A stretch of DNA of 49,767 nt from Chiloscyllium plagiosum (Eukaryota): NCBI RefSeq assembly GCF_004010195.1, contig NC_057719.1:83596147-83645913 (forward strand), given 5' to 3'. Shown here piece by piece: positions 33,878-45,312 of the stretch. The notes under the pieces are model-generated. The model saw only the letters and a program-made list of their open reading frames with translations, was not told the DNA's origin and ran no database searches. A program made the translations under genes and the position numbers. Every line of letters begins with the position of its first letter. The stretch's first letter is position 1.

Positions 33878-35862
33878 GTAAAAAAAAAAGGGAAGGAAGA
33901 GAAGCACGCACTAACTTTTTCATTTTGAGCTGCTGTTTGTGTGTGTGAGTGTGTGAGAGAGAGGGGGGAGAGGAGGAGGAGGAGGAGGAATGGGTATTAA
34001 TTATTGCAGCAAGCACGTTGCAACTTTCTCGATCACTCGACCCCAGCGACGGCTTTCCCTCCCGTTCTGCATTTAGTCTGAAGTCCCTCTTGCCGCGGAC
34101 GTTTTGTTCAGCCGAAACTTCTGTGCAAAGACGAACCCCCCACACCCCTCCTCCTCCTCCTTAACCGATGCCTCGAGATGAGTTTTAATGTTGCTCCTAA
34201 CAAATAGAAAGTCTTGGATGTCCGACTGTGGGTCTTGTATCCAAGCAAAAAAACAATCAACTCTCTGCAGCATTTAGATTCTCGTGTGTGTGTGTGTTTT
34301 TAAAACACACTGACTTCTCTAGCTGTTTGAATTTGGGTGTATATTTTGCTCTGTCCTGTTTGAGGCGGTTGGGTGAAACATTTCCTGTTTATCTTGTACA
34401 TTTTAACCCATTATGTAATTGCTGCTCCAGTTTTATTCAGTTTGTTTAAAAAGTTGGTATTTTTGAATTGTATTATTTTTGGTTGGGGGGGGGGTGGAAA
34501 TGGTAGTGGGGCGAGATTGCTTGATTCCAGATCAGGAATGTTGTCTTGGATTTTTTTTTGGGGGGGTGGGGGTTCTGATTTGGAACGCGCCAAGATTCTG
34601 ATTTGGAAGTTTGGGAGTCCCCACCCACTTGTTTTTTCTTTTGGTTTACTCCTGCTGCCCCAGTGTGGCCCAAAAGGAGCATCTGCTGGTGCTGGACCCT
34701 AGGACAGACAGAGACAGCCCCCACTGCTCTCGATTTGTGTGCACGTTTCTTCCCTTCCCCCCCCCCCCCCCCAAAAAAAAAACACAGGAGGCTCTCGCCT
34801 CCCCTCCTCAGCAGGCGATTAGGACCAGGAGTTACACAGTGCAAGGGAGCCACATGCAAAAAGAGAAAGTCGTGGGTGGGGGGGGAGAGAGGGGGACCAG
34901 CCGGCTTATTGGGAAGGGGCTGTTGGGGACTGAAGTCTCGCCTGAGCATTCTCTTCCAACTTTCGTCGTCTTGCCTTTCACTCAAACATGTTGGAAGTGG
35001 AGCATTATTTGGATGTGGTGTGTATTAAGTTGAAGGCTTTTCTTTTGGAATGGTATGGGGAGGGGAGGGTGGTTCTGTAGTGCCTACCCTTCCATATTGT
35101 GACAGCAGTGGACAAGGGGACGGTTTGTTCGTGGAGTCCAGGAGTTGGGGGCTATGGGGAAACTGGGGAGCACCTAGTGGGTGCAGTAGTGTATAAACGG
35201 CCCCTGCCAGGGACTTGCCCTTTGTCATTCGAGTTGTCCCGAGGAACGCGGGATGGTCTGATTGGTGCTGACTTCTGCCCGGTGAGCCACAGACCCTGTC
35301 TCTTTTTGCCTGTTCAATGTAAACAAGATTTTTGTCATGTTTCTCTCGCCATGACGTCAAACTGATTCCTGCACCCTAAAGTGGTCTCTCTCTCTCTCTC
35401 TCTCTGACCCGTAATACCTATCAGTTAAGACAGACTTGGCTCATTTCCCTCAGAAGAGAGAAGACCAAATGACAATCTAATTAAATCTTTTAAAGTATTG
35501 GGGCAGAATGGTGATAGACAATGCTTTTGGGCCAGGGGTTGGTATTGTTGATGGAGGAATCCACTACCTAGGGCCACAAATGCAATGGTCATGAACGTGA
35601 ACAGAGCCAGTAAGGAATTGGGAAGAACGTTCTGTCCTGAGTTGTTGAAACTTGCTGCCTCGTGGAATAGCTGAGTTGAAGAGTGAAGCCTTTAAGGGGA
35701 TGCAGAATGTAGGTGTCTTACACGGGTGAAGGGGAGGGGCTGGGGGGGGAAGAGTAATGCTGGACTGGGGAGATTGGGGTTGCATATAAAACTTGTGGGG
35801 TGAGCTGTCTTGTTTTGCTCTCTCGTGTCTAAAGTGATAGTTTGCTTTCTGTCCTCACCCAG
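33878..35862 (+). other. ZFP36L1: ZFP36L1 single intron (1985 bp, GT-AG, phase 0)
   Basis: gtaaaa donor and tttgctttctgtcctcacccag acceptor join the two coding parts in frame. Confidence 0.9.
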
Positions 35863-36846
35863 AACAAGATGATTAGCTACAACAACAACATCAACGTGGG
35901 CAGCTCGAGTGTGCCCCTGCTGGACAGGAAGGCCGTTGGGACCCCAACCCTGGTGGATTACCAGAGGAGACATTCCGTCGCCCTTGTCAACGCTAACTCC
36001 AAGTTCAACCAGAACCAGCTGCTGAATGGCTTCAAGCTGGAGCAGAGCGGGACAGCTGCTGCCGGGCCTAACAAGGAGAACAAATTCCGGGACCGCTCCT
36101 TCTCGGAGACGGGCCTGCAGAAAGCCCAGAACCAGGTCAACTCCAGCCGCTACAAGACTGAACTCTGCCGCCCCTTCGAGGAGAATGGCTCATGCAAGTA
36201 TGGCGACAAGTGCCAGTTTGCTCATGGCATCCACGAGCTGAGGAGCTTGGCCCGGCACCCCAAGTACAAGACTGAACTCTGCCGGACCTTCCACACCATT
36301 GGATTTTGCCCCTACGGCCCTCGCTGCCACTTCATCCACAATGCGGAGGAGAGGCGCGTGTCCCCCATTCACGATCAGCAGCATCTCCCCCTCTCCTCCT
36401 CCAACAAGATCGACAGGCCTCGCCTGCAGCACAGCTACAGTTTCTCTGGCATCTCCAGTTCCTCCAGTGGGCTGCTGGACAGCCCCACCTCCATCACCCC
36501 TCCGCCCATGTTCAGCTCTGAGGACCTCAGCTCCTCGCCCACGCTGCCAGACTGCGCCAGCAACCCCTTCACCTACTCGAGCCAGGAACTACCCAATCTC
36601 TTCGCTCCCAGCATTGGCATCCCGGTTCCCATGACCGCCGCTAACAACGGCGCCCACTCGCCTTCCTTCCTGCTCCGTTCTTTGGCTGAGTCGCCCCATC
36701 TCTACGAGCCTCCCCCGAGTCCTCCAGATTCGATGTCCGACAGCTACCTGAGCAGCTCTGGGAGTGTGAGCGGGTCAGAATCTCCGACCCCTGACCTCAG
36801 CAAGCGTCTCCCCATCTTCAGCAGACTCTCTATTTCGGATGATTAA
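35863..36846 (+). CDS. ZFP36L1: ZFP36L1 coding exon 2: mRNA decay activator, tandem CCCH zinc finger protein (spliced product 345 aa)
   Basis: Pyrimidine tract plus cag acceptor ending 35862, in frame with exon 1. Contains [14 protein letters not shown] and RDRSFSE motifs; two (R/K)YKTELC-CX8CX5CX3H fingers (36148-36339); RLQHSYSF; and the C-terminal CNOT1-binding [16 protein letters not shown] at 36844-36846. [18 protein letters not shown] and NAEERR favour L1 over L2. Confidence 0.95.
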   Translation, partial: NKMISYNNNINVGSSSVPLLDRKAVGTPTLVDYQRRHSVALVNANSKFNQNQLLNGFKLEQSGTAAAGPNKENKFRDRSFSETGLQKAQNQVNSSRYKTELCRPFEENGSCKYGDKCQFAHGIHELRSLARHPKYKTELCRTFHTIGFCPYGPRCHFIHNAEERRVSPIHDQQHLPLSSSNKIDRPRLQHSYSFSGISSSSSGLLDSPTSITPPPMFSSEDLSSSPTLPDCASNPFTYSSQELPNLFAPSIGIPVPMTAANNGAHSPSFLLRSLAESPHLYEPPPSPPDSMSDSYLSSSGSVSGSESPTPDLSKRLPIFSRLSISDD

Positions 36847-39058
36847 CTTGACCTTTCTCCAGTGCTGGAAGAAGCAGGGAGCTATCAAAAAAACAAGTGC
36901 CCCTAAATCTGAGTTAGCATTTAAGACAAACTTTTGTGATTTCCTTTTTGAAAAAAAAGTCCAGGTAGCCAATTTTTGACACACATATCCAAGGGTTAGA
37001 ATTGACTTGTCAAACCCAAACTCACCAACTACGTGCAGTGTCAACTGATGACCTTCAATGTGTTTACCTTCAAGTTTTCAATTTGATAGCAAGGGGGACA
37101 GCAATGACTGCATACCTATCTCTCATTTTTAATAATTCATTCAGATTGTTTTTGTTTTGGAAAAATCAGAATGGTCAAAAATTTTTTAAATACTTTTTTT
37201 TTCCCCTCTCTCTCTTCCTCGTCCTGGACCTTACTTTGATTGCCCAACAATTTTGCATTTGGAGGCAAGAGTCATCCTGGGAAATCTGTAGTTGATTGGG
37301 GATTGGCCTGGGTGAGTCAAGGCACTTTGTGACAGGATCTGAAGTGAATTTGTTGTCAAAACACCGACCTATCTGCCTGGTCTTAAGTTCTTGAGTGTGG
37401 TTTTGAGAATCTTTTGAAGAGAGTATTTTTTTAAAAAAGAGAACTGAATGGTGTAATTTGTCAAATCAGACCTTTAATGTAGCAAAACAGAAATCTATAT
37501 TTGATGTCCATTTAGCTATAATTTACCTTCTCCCTCTCTTATTCCCCCCCCCACCCCACCCCACCCCAATCCTTTGCAATGGCAGCATTGAGCGTGTCTT
37601 ATTTTCTTGTGCAAGGTGGTGGGGTTGTGGATACAAGTTGATTTAAGACTTTGTTGCCTCATGCAGATGGGGCCGGGCACCAGGAGACATCTAGCATCTC
37701 TCTGCGCCACCTCCCTGTTTCTCCCTGTACCCCAACCCAAACTTCCTTCCTTGCCCACCTCTCTGGATCCCTTGTCCCAACCCCGTGCAATTTCTCTTTT
37801 TAGGTATTGACAGTTCCGAGGGACTGGAGTTAATTTGGGGGTGATTGTGAATAGGTGCAAATGTGAATAGGTGAGACAGCGCACAGGCCTTGGGATTAAG
37901 AAATTAAACTGTGAGGGGAGTTGGAGTGGGGATTAACTGACCTGGGCAGGCAATTACTGCCAAATTTTACTTCTGTCAAATGAATGTGGTGCTGTTAGAG
38001 TTCTGGCTGCCTTGTTTTTTTTTTGTTCGGTTTCGGTTGTCCAAATTGACCATGGTAATTTGTTTTTTAAAGTTTTTGATTGGTTTGGGTGGGGGTGGTT
38101 TGAAGAGTGGAGTTGGAATGGAACTGTGAAAGTTTCTTCAGCAAGTGTTTTTTTTTTAAATTATAGTTTTTGTCAGTGAGTGAGAGAGAAATAGTTTAAC
38201 CAGCTAGCCTTGAACTTTGCCAAGTTAGTTGATTTTATTTCTTTGTTTTCCCACCCCCATTTTAAAAACAAAATCAGCAGAATGTTAAACGATTTAAAAA
38301 TATCGCTTGTCACTGCACACACATACACACACAAAAAAAATTGCTTATTTAACTTATCAAAAACATATTTATTGCCAAACATATGCATTTTTGTTTGTAT
38401 TTATCACAATGACGAACCATAGAAATATATTTTTCTTTTATGTTTAAATTATGATCTTATTAATCTGAAGATAGAGGTTTTCCTTCTTCTTTTGTTTCCA
38501 CAGTTTAATATATTATACTACAATGACGAGGGTTTTTGTAACGTTACTCTTCAGTTATTTTATTTAATAAAAAAAGTAATTTAAAAACACAAAAACATTT
38601 TGAATTTATTTATTTTGTAGTTTCCCCCCCCTGCCCGCCACCTTTTAAAAAGTAAAATAAATCAATCTTCTCATGTATTTTTATGGCAGCTGTGCACTCA
38701 CTGCCTTTCGACTCTTGTTGCTAACAGCGGCCTAATTTTTCTTTAGGCCCTTTGACTTCCATGATACAAGAGACTGTTACGAAGGTGTGGGCTCAGTACT
38801 GTGACACAAAAGTGCCTGCCTGAACACATTCCAAGCATTGATGTATGCTTTCCGTGTAACTAATAATGCTTTCTTTTTAAACTATAGGCCCTGGTCTCTT
38901 CCTCAGAGAGACAACCAGGAGTTGGCACACAGGGAAGTTGAATGTATTTTTCCTTCACTGTTCACTACATGGTTAATTTTCTATGTCTGTTTATACAGAA
39001 TGCTTTTTGTAATGACTGGTTCAAATGTAAATCAATAAAACCCCAATGGTTTTGTTTT
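36847..39058 (+). other. ZFP36L1: ZFP36L1 3' UTR with AU-rich elements
   Basis: U-rich; TATTTAT at 38366 and 38398; TTATTTATT at 38606-38614; ends after AATAAA 39034-39039. The end coordinate is approximate. Confidence 0.75.
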
Positions 39059-39070
39059 CCAAAGTGTGGT
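39008..39070 (+). terminator. Likely main polyadenylation signal of ZFP36L1
   Basis: AATAAA 39034-39039, upstream TGTA motifs (39008, 39026) and a downstream GT/T-rich tract (ggttttgttttcc, gtgtggt). Confidence 0.7.
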
Positions 39071-39439
39071 AACTCTGGATTTGAATTGAATTGAATCAAA
39101 TGATTTGTTGTTGCATTATATTGTACAGTGAAAAGCTTTTCTGATGTCGGCACCATTTTGAATAATTTTAAGCATCAGGAGGGGGAAACCGAGTTTAAAG
39201 AGAGTCCATCAGTCCTGAGCTTGTCCCTCCTAAGAACTGCTGTTGTTTGGCACTGTGCTAATTTTAGATGGGAGTGGGAAAGTAAAGCAAGGGTGTGTTG
39301 CTGTTGTGATGCTGAGGAATGTGTAGTGAAACACGTGCTCATCCGCCTGTCAATTAACACAACCCTGGTGGAAATTTGATAACAAAAATAGTGGTTACTC
39401 AGTGGCGTGGTTTCAACCCCCTAGGCCTGCAAACATGCC

Positions 39440-40440
39440 ACAGTACACTGCAAGTATGTGAGATCAGATCAGAGAGAACTTGGGTGAATGCACTAATCAC
39501 ATGGCTGGGTAAAATTTTGACCAGATCGATCATGATGTTGAAATAAGTATAAATGCTTCTGCGAGGTTTCCAACCAGGTCAGAATCCCACATTGTCCTGG
39601 GCCTCTGCGTCTGGTAATGGTTGAGATTTGTAATGAATTGGCATTGGATGATGGTAACCCCAGACACTGCTCAAGGTAAGCATGCACTGGTCTAGTTAAC
39701 GATAAGTTACACTGTGCTGAGGTGGTGACACATTGAAATCCACAGCAAAACACAACAAGGGGGGAATCATTCTTTGAGTTGTACAGGAACATTGAAATGT
39801 CAGGAGTAGATAATGGCTTGAACCAGGGAGAACCATAAAATTTGCCCTCGAGGTGGTGGTACTGGTGGTGACTGTCTCTGCAAAAGGTCCCTAGACCCTT
39901 AAAGAGTCTTTGATTCAGGGTCACCGTGCTGGGTGCAAACCAATTAACTGGGTCAGAAAGTAGGTGTTTGTCCTGGGAAAATCCTGACCAAGTGCCTGTT
40001 TTAGGCCTTGGGTTTACTATTCCAAACAAAGCTTACAAACGAACTGGATGGTGTTCGAAAAGACCTTCTCACTTCTCTCGGCCATTCCTAACCCAGTCTG
40101 GAGGGTTACAGGCAATGGTTACAAGAACGCTACATGAAATAAGATTGGATGGCCTTCAAAACAATCTTAACGTGGCATTGGTTGATATGGGGATGGTTGC
40201 ATTAATGGAAATGCCGCACTTGCTCTCTATATTGATGGTAGGAGCAGAGACAATGTTAACTCCATCCATCTGGCTGATTTGGGAATATCTATTACCCTGT
40301 GGGTTACAGGGGGAAGGAATTCCACTCTTCACCATCTGGAGCAGTGTCCAAAGGAATCACGGCAAGGTTTGATCTCACAGGCAGCAGCAGGTTGGTTGAC
40401 CAGCCTGTACCCATCTCACCTACATGTATAGCCGGACACT
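39440..40440 (-). mobile_element. Possible old LINE 5'/endonuclease-region remnant
   Basis: Minus-strand ggatttcaatgtgtcaccac resembles a GDFNVHH endonuclease motif; heavily decayed. Confidence 0.25.
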
Positions 40441-40464
40441 CAACCAAGTGTTGACTGTCTTGAT

Positions 40465-40619
40465 AAAATGTGGAGCTGGAAGAAACACAACAGGCCCTGA
40501 TGAAGGGTCCTGATTGAAACGCCGATTCTCCTGCTCCTCGGATGCAGCCTGACCTGTATATTTCCAGCACCACACTCTCGACACTGATCTCCAGCATCTG
40601 CAGTCCTCACTTTCTCCAA
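40465..40619 (+). mobile_element. Penelope-like terminal element with short inverted stub and decayed hammerhead
   Basis: ctgatgaaggg...gaaacgccgattctcctgctcctcggatgc...ctgcagtcctcactttctcc; 15-bp TSD gttgactg(t/c)cttgat at 40450-40464 and 40620-40634. Confidence 0.8.
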
Positions 40620-40889
40620 GTTGACTGCCTTGATTGCAGACTTTCTGTTCTATCATAGATTATAGATGGCAGCAATTTAATGTTTTGTATTGGTCCCAAA
40701 GCAATATTTTCCCCTTGATTGCAAATGCAATGCTTTGTGTTGGAAAGTGGCTGGGTGTGTAACATGCCTCATTTATATACAGTATTGGGCATTGAGCGTT
40801 CTTTTGACTGAAGGTGCAGGGAAGGAGTTACGGAGTTTCCAAGATGTTCCAGCTGTTGTGTTTGCATATACCACATGGCATGCGTCTTC

Positions 40890-41420
40890 ATTTTGTATTT
40901 ATTCATTTGTGGGATATGGGAGTTGCTGGCTGGGCCAGCATTTATTGCCCATTCCAAGTTGCCCCTTGAGAATGTGGTGGTGAGCTATCATCTTGAACCA
41001 CTGCGGTCCACCTGCTATGGGTTGACTCCCATTTTGCCCTTAGGGAGGGAATTCCAGGATTTTGACCCAGTGACCGTGAAGGAATGGTGATGTGTTTCCA
41101 AGTCAAGATGGTCAGTGGCTTGGAGGGGAACTTGAAGGTGATGTTCCCATATATTTGCTGCCCTTGTCTTAGATGCAAGTGTCCGTGGGTTTGAAAGATG
41201 CTGTCTGAGGATCTTTGAATTTCTGCTGTGCATCTTGTAGATGGTACACACTGCTGCTACTGAGCATTGGTGGTGGAGGGAGTGGATAGTTGTGGATGTC
41301 GTGCCAATCAATTGGGCTGCTTTGTCCTGGATGGCTTCAAGCTTCTTGAGTATTGTTGGAGCTGCACCCATTCAGGCAAGTGGGGAGTATTCCATCACAC
41401 TCCTGACTAGGAGTCAGGTC
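40890..41420 (-). mobile_element. Second LINE family 3' end
   Basis: Minus-strand AAPTILKKLEAIQDKAAQLIG..IHSLHH..YKMH and family tail. Confidence 0.85.
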
Positions 41421-42169
41421 TCTGTGAGCTGCCTGGGGTACTATCTGATAGTCGGGTTTTAATTAGGGGGACTATATGTGGTGCCCTTTGTCAGTGTGTG
41501 AGATCCTGTTCCTCTGCCAATTTTTACCTTGGCAACTATGCTTGTGCCTTTCAAACTCCAATCTCTTCTATGTACAACACAACAATCTGGTGAATTCACA
41601 GACCCCCTCCCTATCACTGACTCTGTCCAGTACACCTTATGATAAATTATCCGAAGACTTGTGCTTGCTTCCCAGTTCTCCTCGAGTCAGGATGAGTATG
41701 TAAACACCAGTTAATGGTTGTGCGGATGAATGTTTACCGTTGAGTGTTGTCAAGATGGAAAGTTCACATTTTACAACTTGCCCAGTTAGAAAACTGGGAC
41801 CCAGAGTCTGTGATGTTAGGAAAGTGAGGGAGAAATTTGTTTCATTTTGAAATGAATTATCCTTGCTCTCTCCTCCCCGTAGCCCGAGCCACTCCAACAT
41901 TATGTGGAAGTGTTTACAACAATCTTGGATGCACATGCAGTGTATAGGAAACATAGTGATCAAGCTAAGGCCCTCATTTCTGGACAGTCATAGACCAGGA
42001 GAGTCAAACAATGTTGTGCTGGTGATACTTATTTTTCAGTTTGCAAACTTTGAGAGTAAGAAGCATCGAATTGGAGCTAATGTGACCTCAGTCCACATTT
42101 CTTTTCGTGTCCACTTAAATGGAAAGAGACATGACCTAGAAACTGAGAGCGTGACCAAAATTTGAACTG

Positions 42170-43260
42170 CGGGGGGGGGGGGGGGGTCGCGGAAATGGGA
42201 AGAGCAGACCATGTATAATGTCAGACCTCGTCCTTATTGGTCCTTTATGGTAATCGCTGGACAGGGTGCCGAGGGACTCAGATTGGGGGCAGCAATTAAA
42301 CCTCAGTTAGGCAGTTAGAATGGAAGTGGGGAGGGGTACAGGGGCATCTGCCAGAGTTTGGGACAATGATGCAACTCTGGCAGTGGGCCATTATTACCAT
42401 TAGGTTTGGGTGGGAGGTGCAGTTGGCAATGGAGGGATTACAGTCAGAAATGGGATTGGGAGGACAGAGTTGAGATTGGGGTGGTGGGTCCTGTAATTGG
42501 TTTGGGGCTTGCCATCAGGGTGTAGGGTAGAGACTTATACATGGGATGGTCAGGGATGTTTGAGGTGATGTATTGGAGGATATTATGGATAGGATATTGA
42601 GTCAGTGGTGATTGGGTTGGATGTACAACAGGTCAGGATGGTGTTTACAATCTGTGGAGATGNNNNNNNNNNNNNNNNNNNNNNNNNNNNNNNNNNNNNN
42701 NNNNNNNNNNNNNNGGGAAATCGGGTGTTTACAGTTTACGGTGACTGAGCTGTAGGGCTTCAGCCAGAGATGGAGCTGGAGTAAGGGTGCTACCATCAGC
42801 AATTAGATGTTGCAGTACATTATGATTGTGGTGAAGGAGTTACAATTGGTGGGGTGGAGTGTTGGGAGATGTGGTTACAGTTAGTGTACATATGGATGGG
42901 GGCTTCAGGTTGATGCAATTTTATAATTACTAGAATATTACAGTCAATGGGAATGGAGGGGTTACTATTATTGGACATCAGGGTGGGTGGGGTTTAGTGA
43001 GAGGTCACAGTACTAGTCTTTTTGAAAGATCCCACTTCTATATTGGTGGGTGGTTATAATCAATGGAGGCTGGGGTGGAGTTAACCGTCAGCAATCCTGG
43101 TGGGTTTACAGGTTAGGGATCAAGTTGGGGATGTTACAGTCAGTGATCAGGTACAGGATGTGGTGTTACAGTTGGATATCAGGGTGAAGGTGTTCCTATT
43201 GGTGAGGGAGTACAGGATGGGATGTGAGGATTGTAAATTGGGATGGTGAATTAGTCCGGG
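42170..43260. repeat. G/T-rich degenerate minisatellite (ggg..gttacagt units) containing a 52-N gap
   Basis: More than 10 ttaca(g/a)t motifs between G-runs; gap 42663-42714. Confidence 0.55.
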
Positions 43261-43539
43261 AGATTGGTCAGTGACATTGTTTCAGACTGAGCACTGGCTG
43301 ATAGACCACTGACCTTCACAGATCACAGCCTGACTCGACATTAACCAATGTGACCCACTAGCAATGACAAACATTTTTTTTCCCATTTGGTTAACAGATT
43401 GAGGTTTTTTCTGTAATTACAATCTTGCAGCATTCTATTTATTTATACAATACATAAAAAGTAATGAGGTTTATATGTTATATTTAATTAATAAACACAT
43501 TTACTGATTGAGAACTGGTAATACTGTGTCCAATTCTGG

Positions 43540-43845
43540 TGAACAATCACACCCCACCAGGGTATCATTCAACAGATTTATTTGGAAGCACTAGCTTTCT
43601 GAGCGCTGCTCATTCATCAGGTGAATGTGGAGTATAAGATTGTAAGACACAGAATTTATAGCAAATGTTTACAGTATGGTTTAACTGAAATTATATATTT
43701 AAAAACGACCTGGATTGTTTGTTAAGTCTCTCATCTTTTAGAATGACCATGTTGGTTTCAGTTATTTCAAATGTAAATCGCAAAACGTTTTTAAAAGTTA
43801 CATTCTCAAGTGAACTTCAACAATTGGGTGTCATGTCGGCCCATT
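43540..43845 (-). mobile_element. Penelope-like element terminus, second family
   Basis: aatcacaccccaccagggtat..caacagatttatttggaagcactagctttc..ttcatcaggt followed by an AT-rich UTR-like segment; carries a hammerhead motif. Confidence 0.7.
43589..43623 (-). ncRNA. Minimal type I hammerhead ribozyme motif
   Basis: Minus strand reads CAC-CUGAUGA-A-UGAGC-agc-GCUCA-GAAA-GC-UA-GUG: 3-bp helix I, 5-bp helix II, palindromic AGCU helix III. Confidence 0.65.
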
Positions 43846-43869
43846 TAATTCAATTCTGACCTCCCTCTT

Positions 43870-44342
43870 GTAGGAAAAATGCAGTGAAATTTGAAAGGGT
43901 TCAGAAAAGATTTACAAGGATGTTGCCAGGTTGGAGGGTTTGAGGTATAGGGAGAGGTGAAATAGGCTGGGGTGGTTTTCCTTGGAATGTTGGAGGCTGA
44001 GGGGTCACCTTACAGAGAGGTTTATAAGATCATGAAGGGCATGGATAGCCATGGCGTTATCCCCAGGGTGGGGTAGTCCAAAACTAGAGGGTATAGGTTT
44101 AAGGTGAGGAGTGGAAAGATATAAAACAGACTTAAGGGGTAACCTTTTCACGCAGAGGGTGGTGCATGTATGGAATGAGCTGCCAGAGGAAGTGGTGGAG
44201 GCTGGTATAATTACAACATTTAAAAGTCACCTGGATGGGTATATGAATAGGAAGGGTTCAGGGGGATATGGGCCAAATGCTGGCAAATGGGACTAGACTA
44301 ATTTAGGATATTGGTCTGTTTCTGTGTTGTACAATTCTATGA
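43870..44342 (+). mobile_element. CR1/HER1 3' end
   Basis: ERVQKRFTRMLP..; DLRGNLFTQRVVHVWNELPEEVVEAG; tail. Confidence 0.9.
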
Positions 44343-45094
44343 CGATGTTAGTTGAGATTGTTACTTGTACCATGAAGGGGTGAGAGGACAGCAGGGGTGT
44401 CAATTGAGGTTGGGGGAGTGGTGGATGGTGACAGTAAGCCTTGCTAGACTTTTTGAAAGGTCCTATCTCTGTGTTGGAAAAAGGTAGGATGCTGTATAGC
44501 TGGAGACTGCATTTGATCATGTTTGGGTGCGATCTTTTACCCTGAAGAGAATTCGACAGTGTGTAGCTGCACTTTAGCTATGAAATGCTGCAGTTTTGAC
44601 TATTTTTTTCAAGATGATAGCTTGTTAAAAAGTAATGCCTCACAATAGCATTATAACGATGATGACAAGGAAGCCACGATCGTAATGTAAAGCAGTTATT
44701 GACTGTGAAGGAGATACAGTTCAAGAGGTGGAGACACTAGTTATGGAACAGTGCAAAATGACTAGATATTGATAGATACATTAGATATTGACAGATACTG
44801 GGTTGGCAGTCCCACCCTTACCAATGTACACACACTGCACCTGACCAGTGTAGTTAGTCATTGACAGCATGCATACATCAGCTGATCTTTTATCTGATGG
44901 GGACACTTTTCACAACCTGAAAAGCGACAGCAATGAGACAGCACAACTAAAGTCGGAGGCTGGCGTTTGAGGGGTGCAGCTATGTCAGAGGGTAGTGAGA
45001 TCTCAGAGACATGGAGAATTGAGGCCACTGGGGGAATTTGAAAACATTGCATATCAGTGAGCACAGGGGTGACAGGTGGAGGAGACTTACCATA

Positions 45095-45312
45095 GAGTAT
45101 TGTAGAATCCTACAGTGTGGAAGCAGGCCAATGGGCCCATACTGACCCTCCGAAGAGTATCCCACCCAGACCCATTCCCTTACCCTACAACCTACTATTT
45201 ACCCCTGACTAATGCACCTAACCAACACACCCCTGGGGATGCATAGCCAATTCACCTAAACTCTACATCTTTGGACTGGGGGAGGAAACCAGAAAACCTG
45301 GAGGAAACCCAC
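45095..45312 (-). mobile_element. HE1 SINE, 5'-truncated
   Basis: Tail and part of the V-core on the minus strand. Confidence 0.8.

Noticed and set aside
34373..35365. Overlapping 88-170 aa ORFs in the intron
   Set aside because: Low-complexity G/C/A-run translations with no recognisable domains or splice support.
35842..35862. ORF-track start (TTG) for the 334-aa ORF
   Set aside because: These bases are the intron polypyrimidine tract and acceptor; the real N-terminus comes from exon 1.
40497..40530. Hammerhead motif CUGAUGA...GAAAC
   Set aside because: Helix II is disrupted and the triplet is GCC, so it is predicted inactive; the copies at 3154, 9862 and 30028 are likewise decayed.
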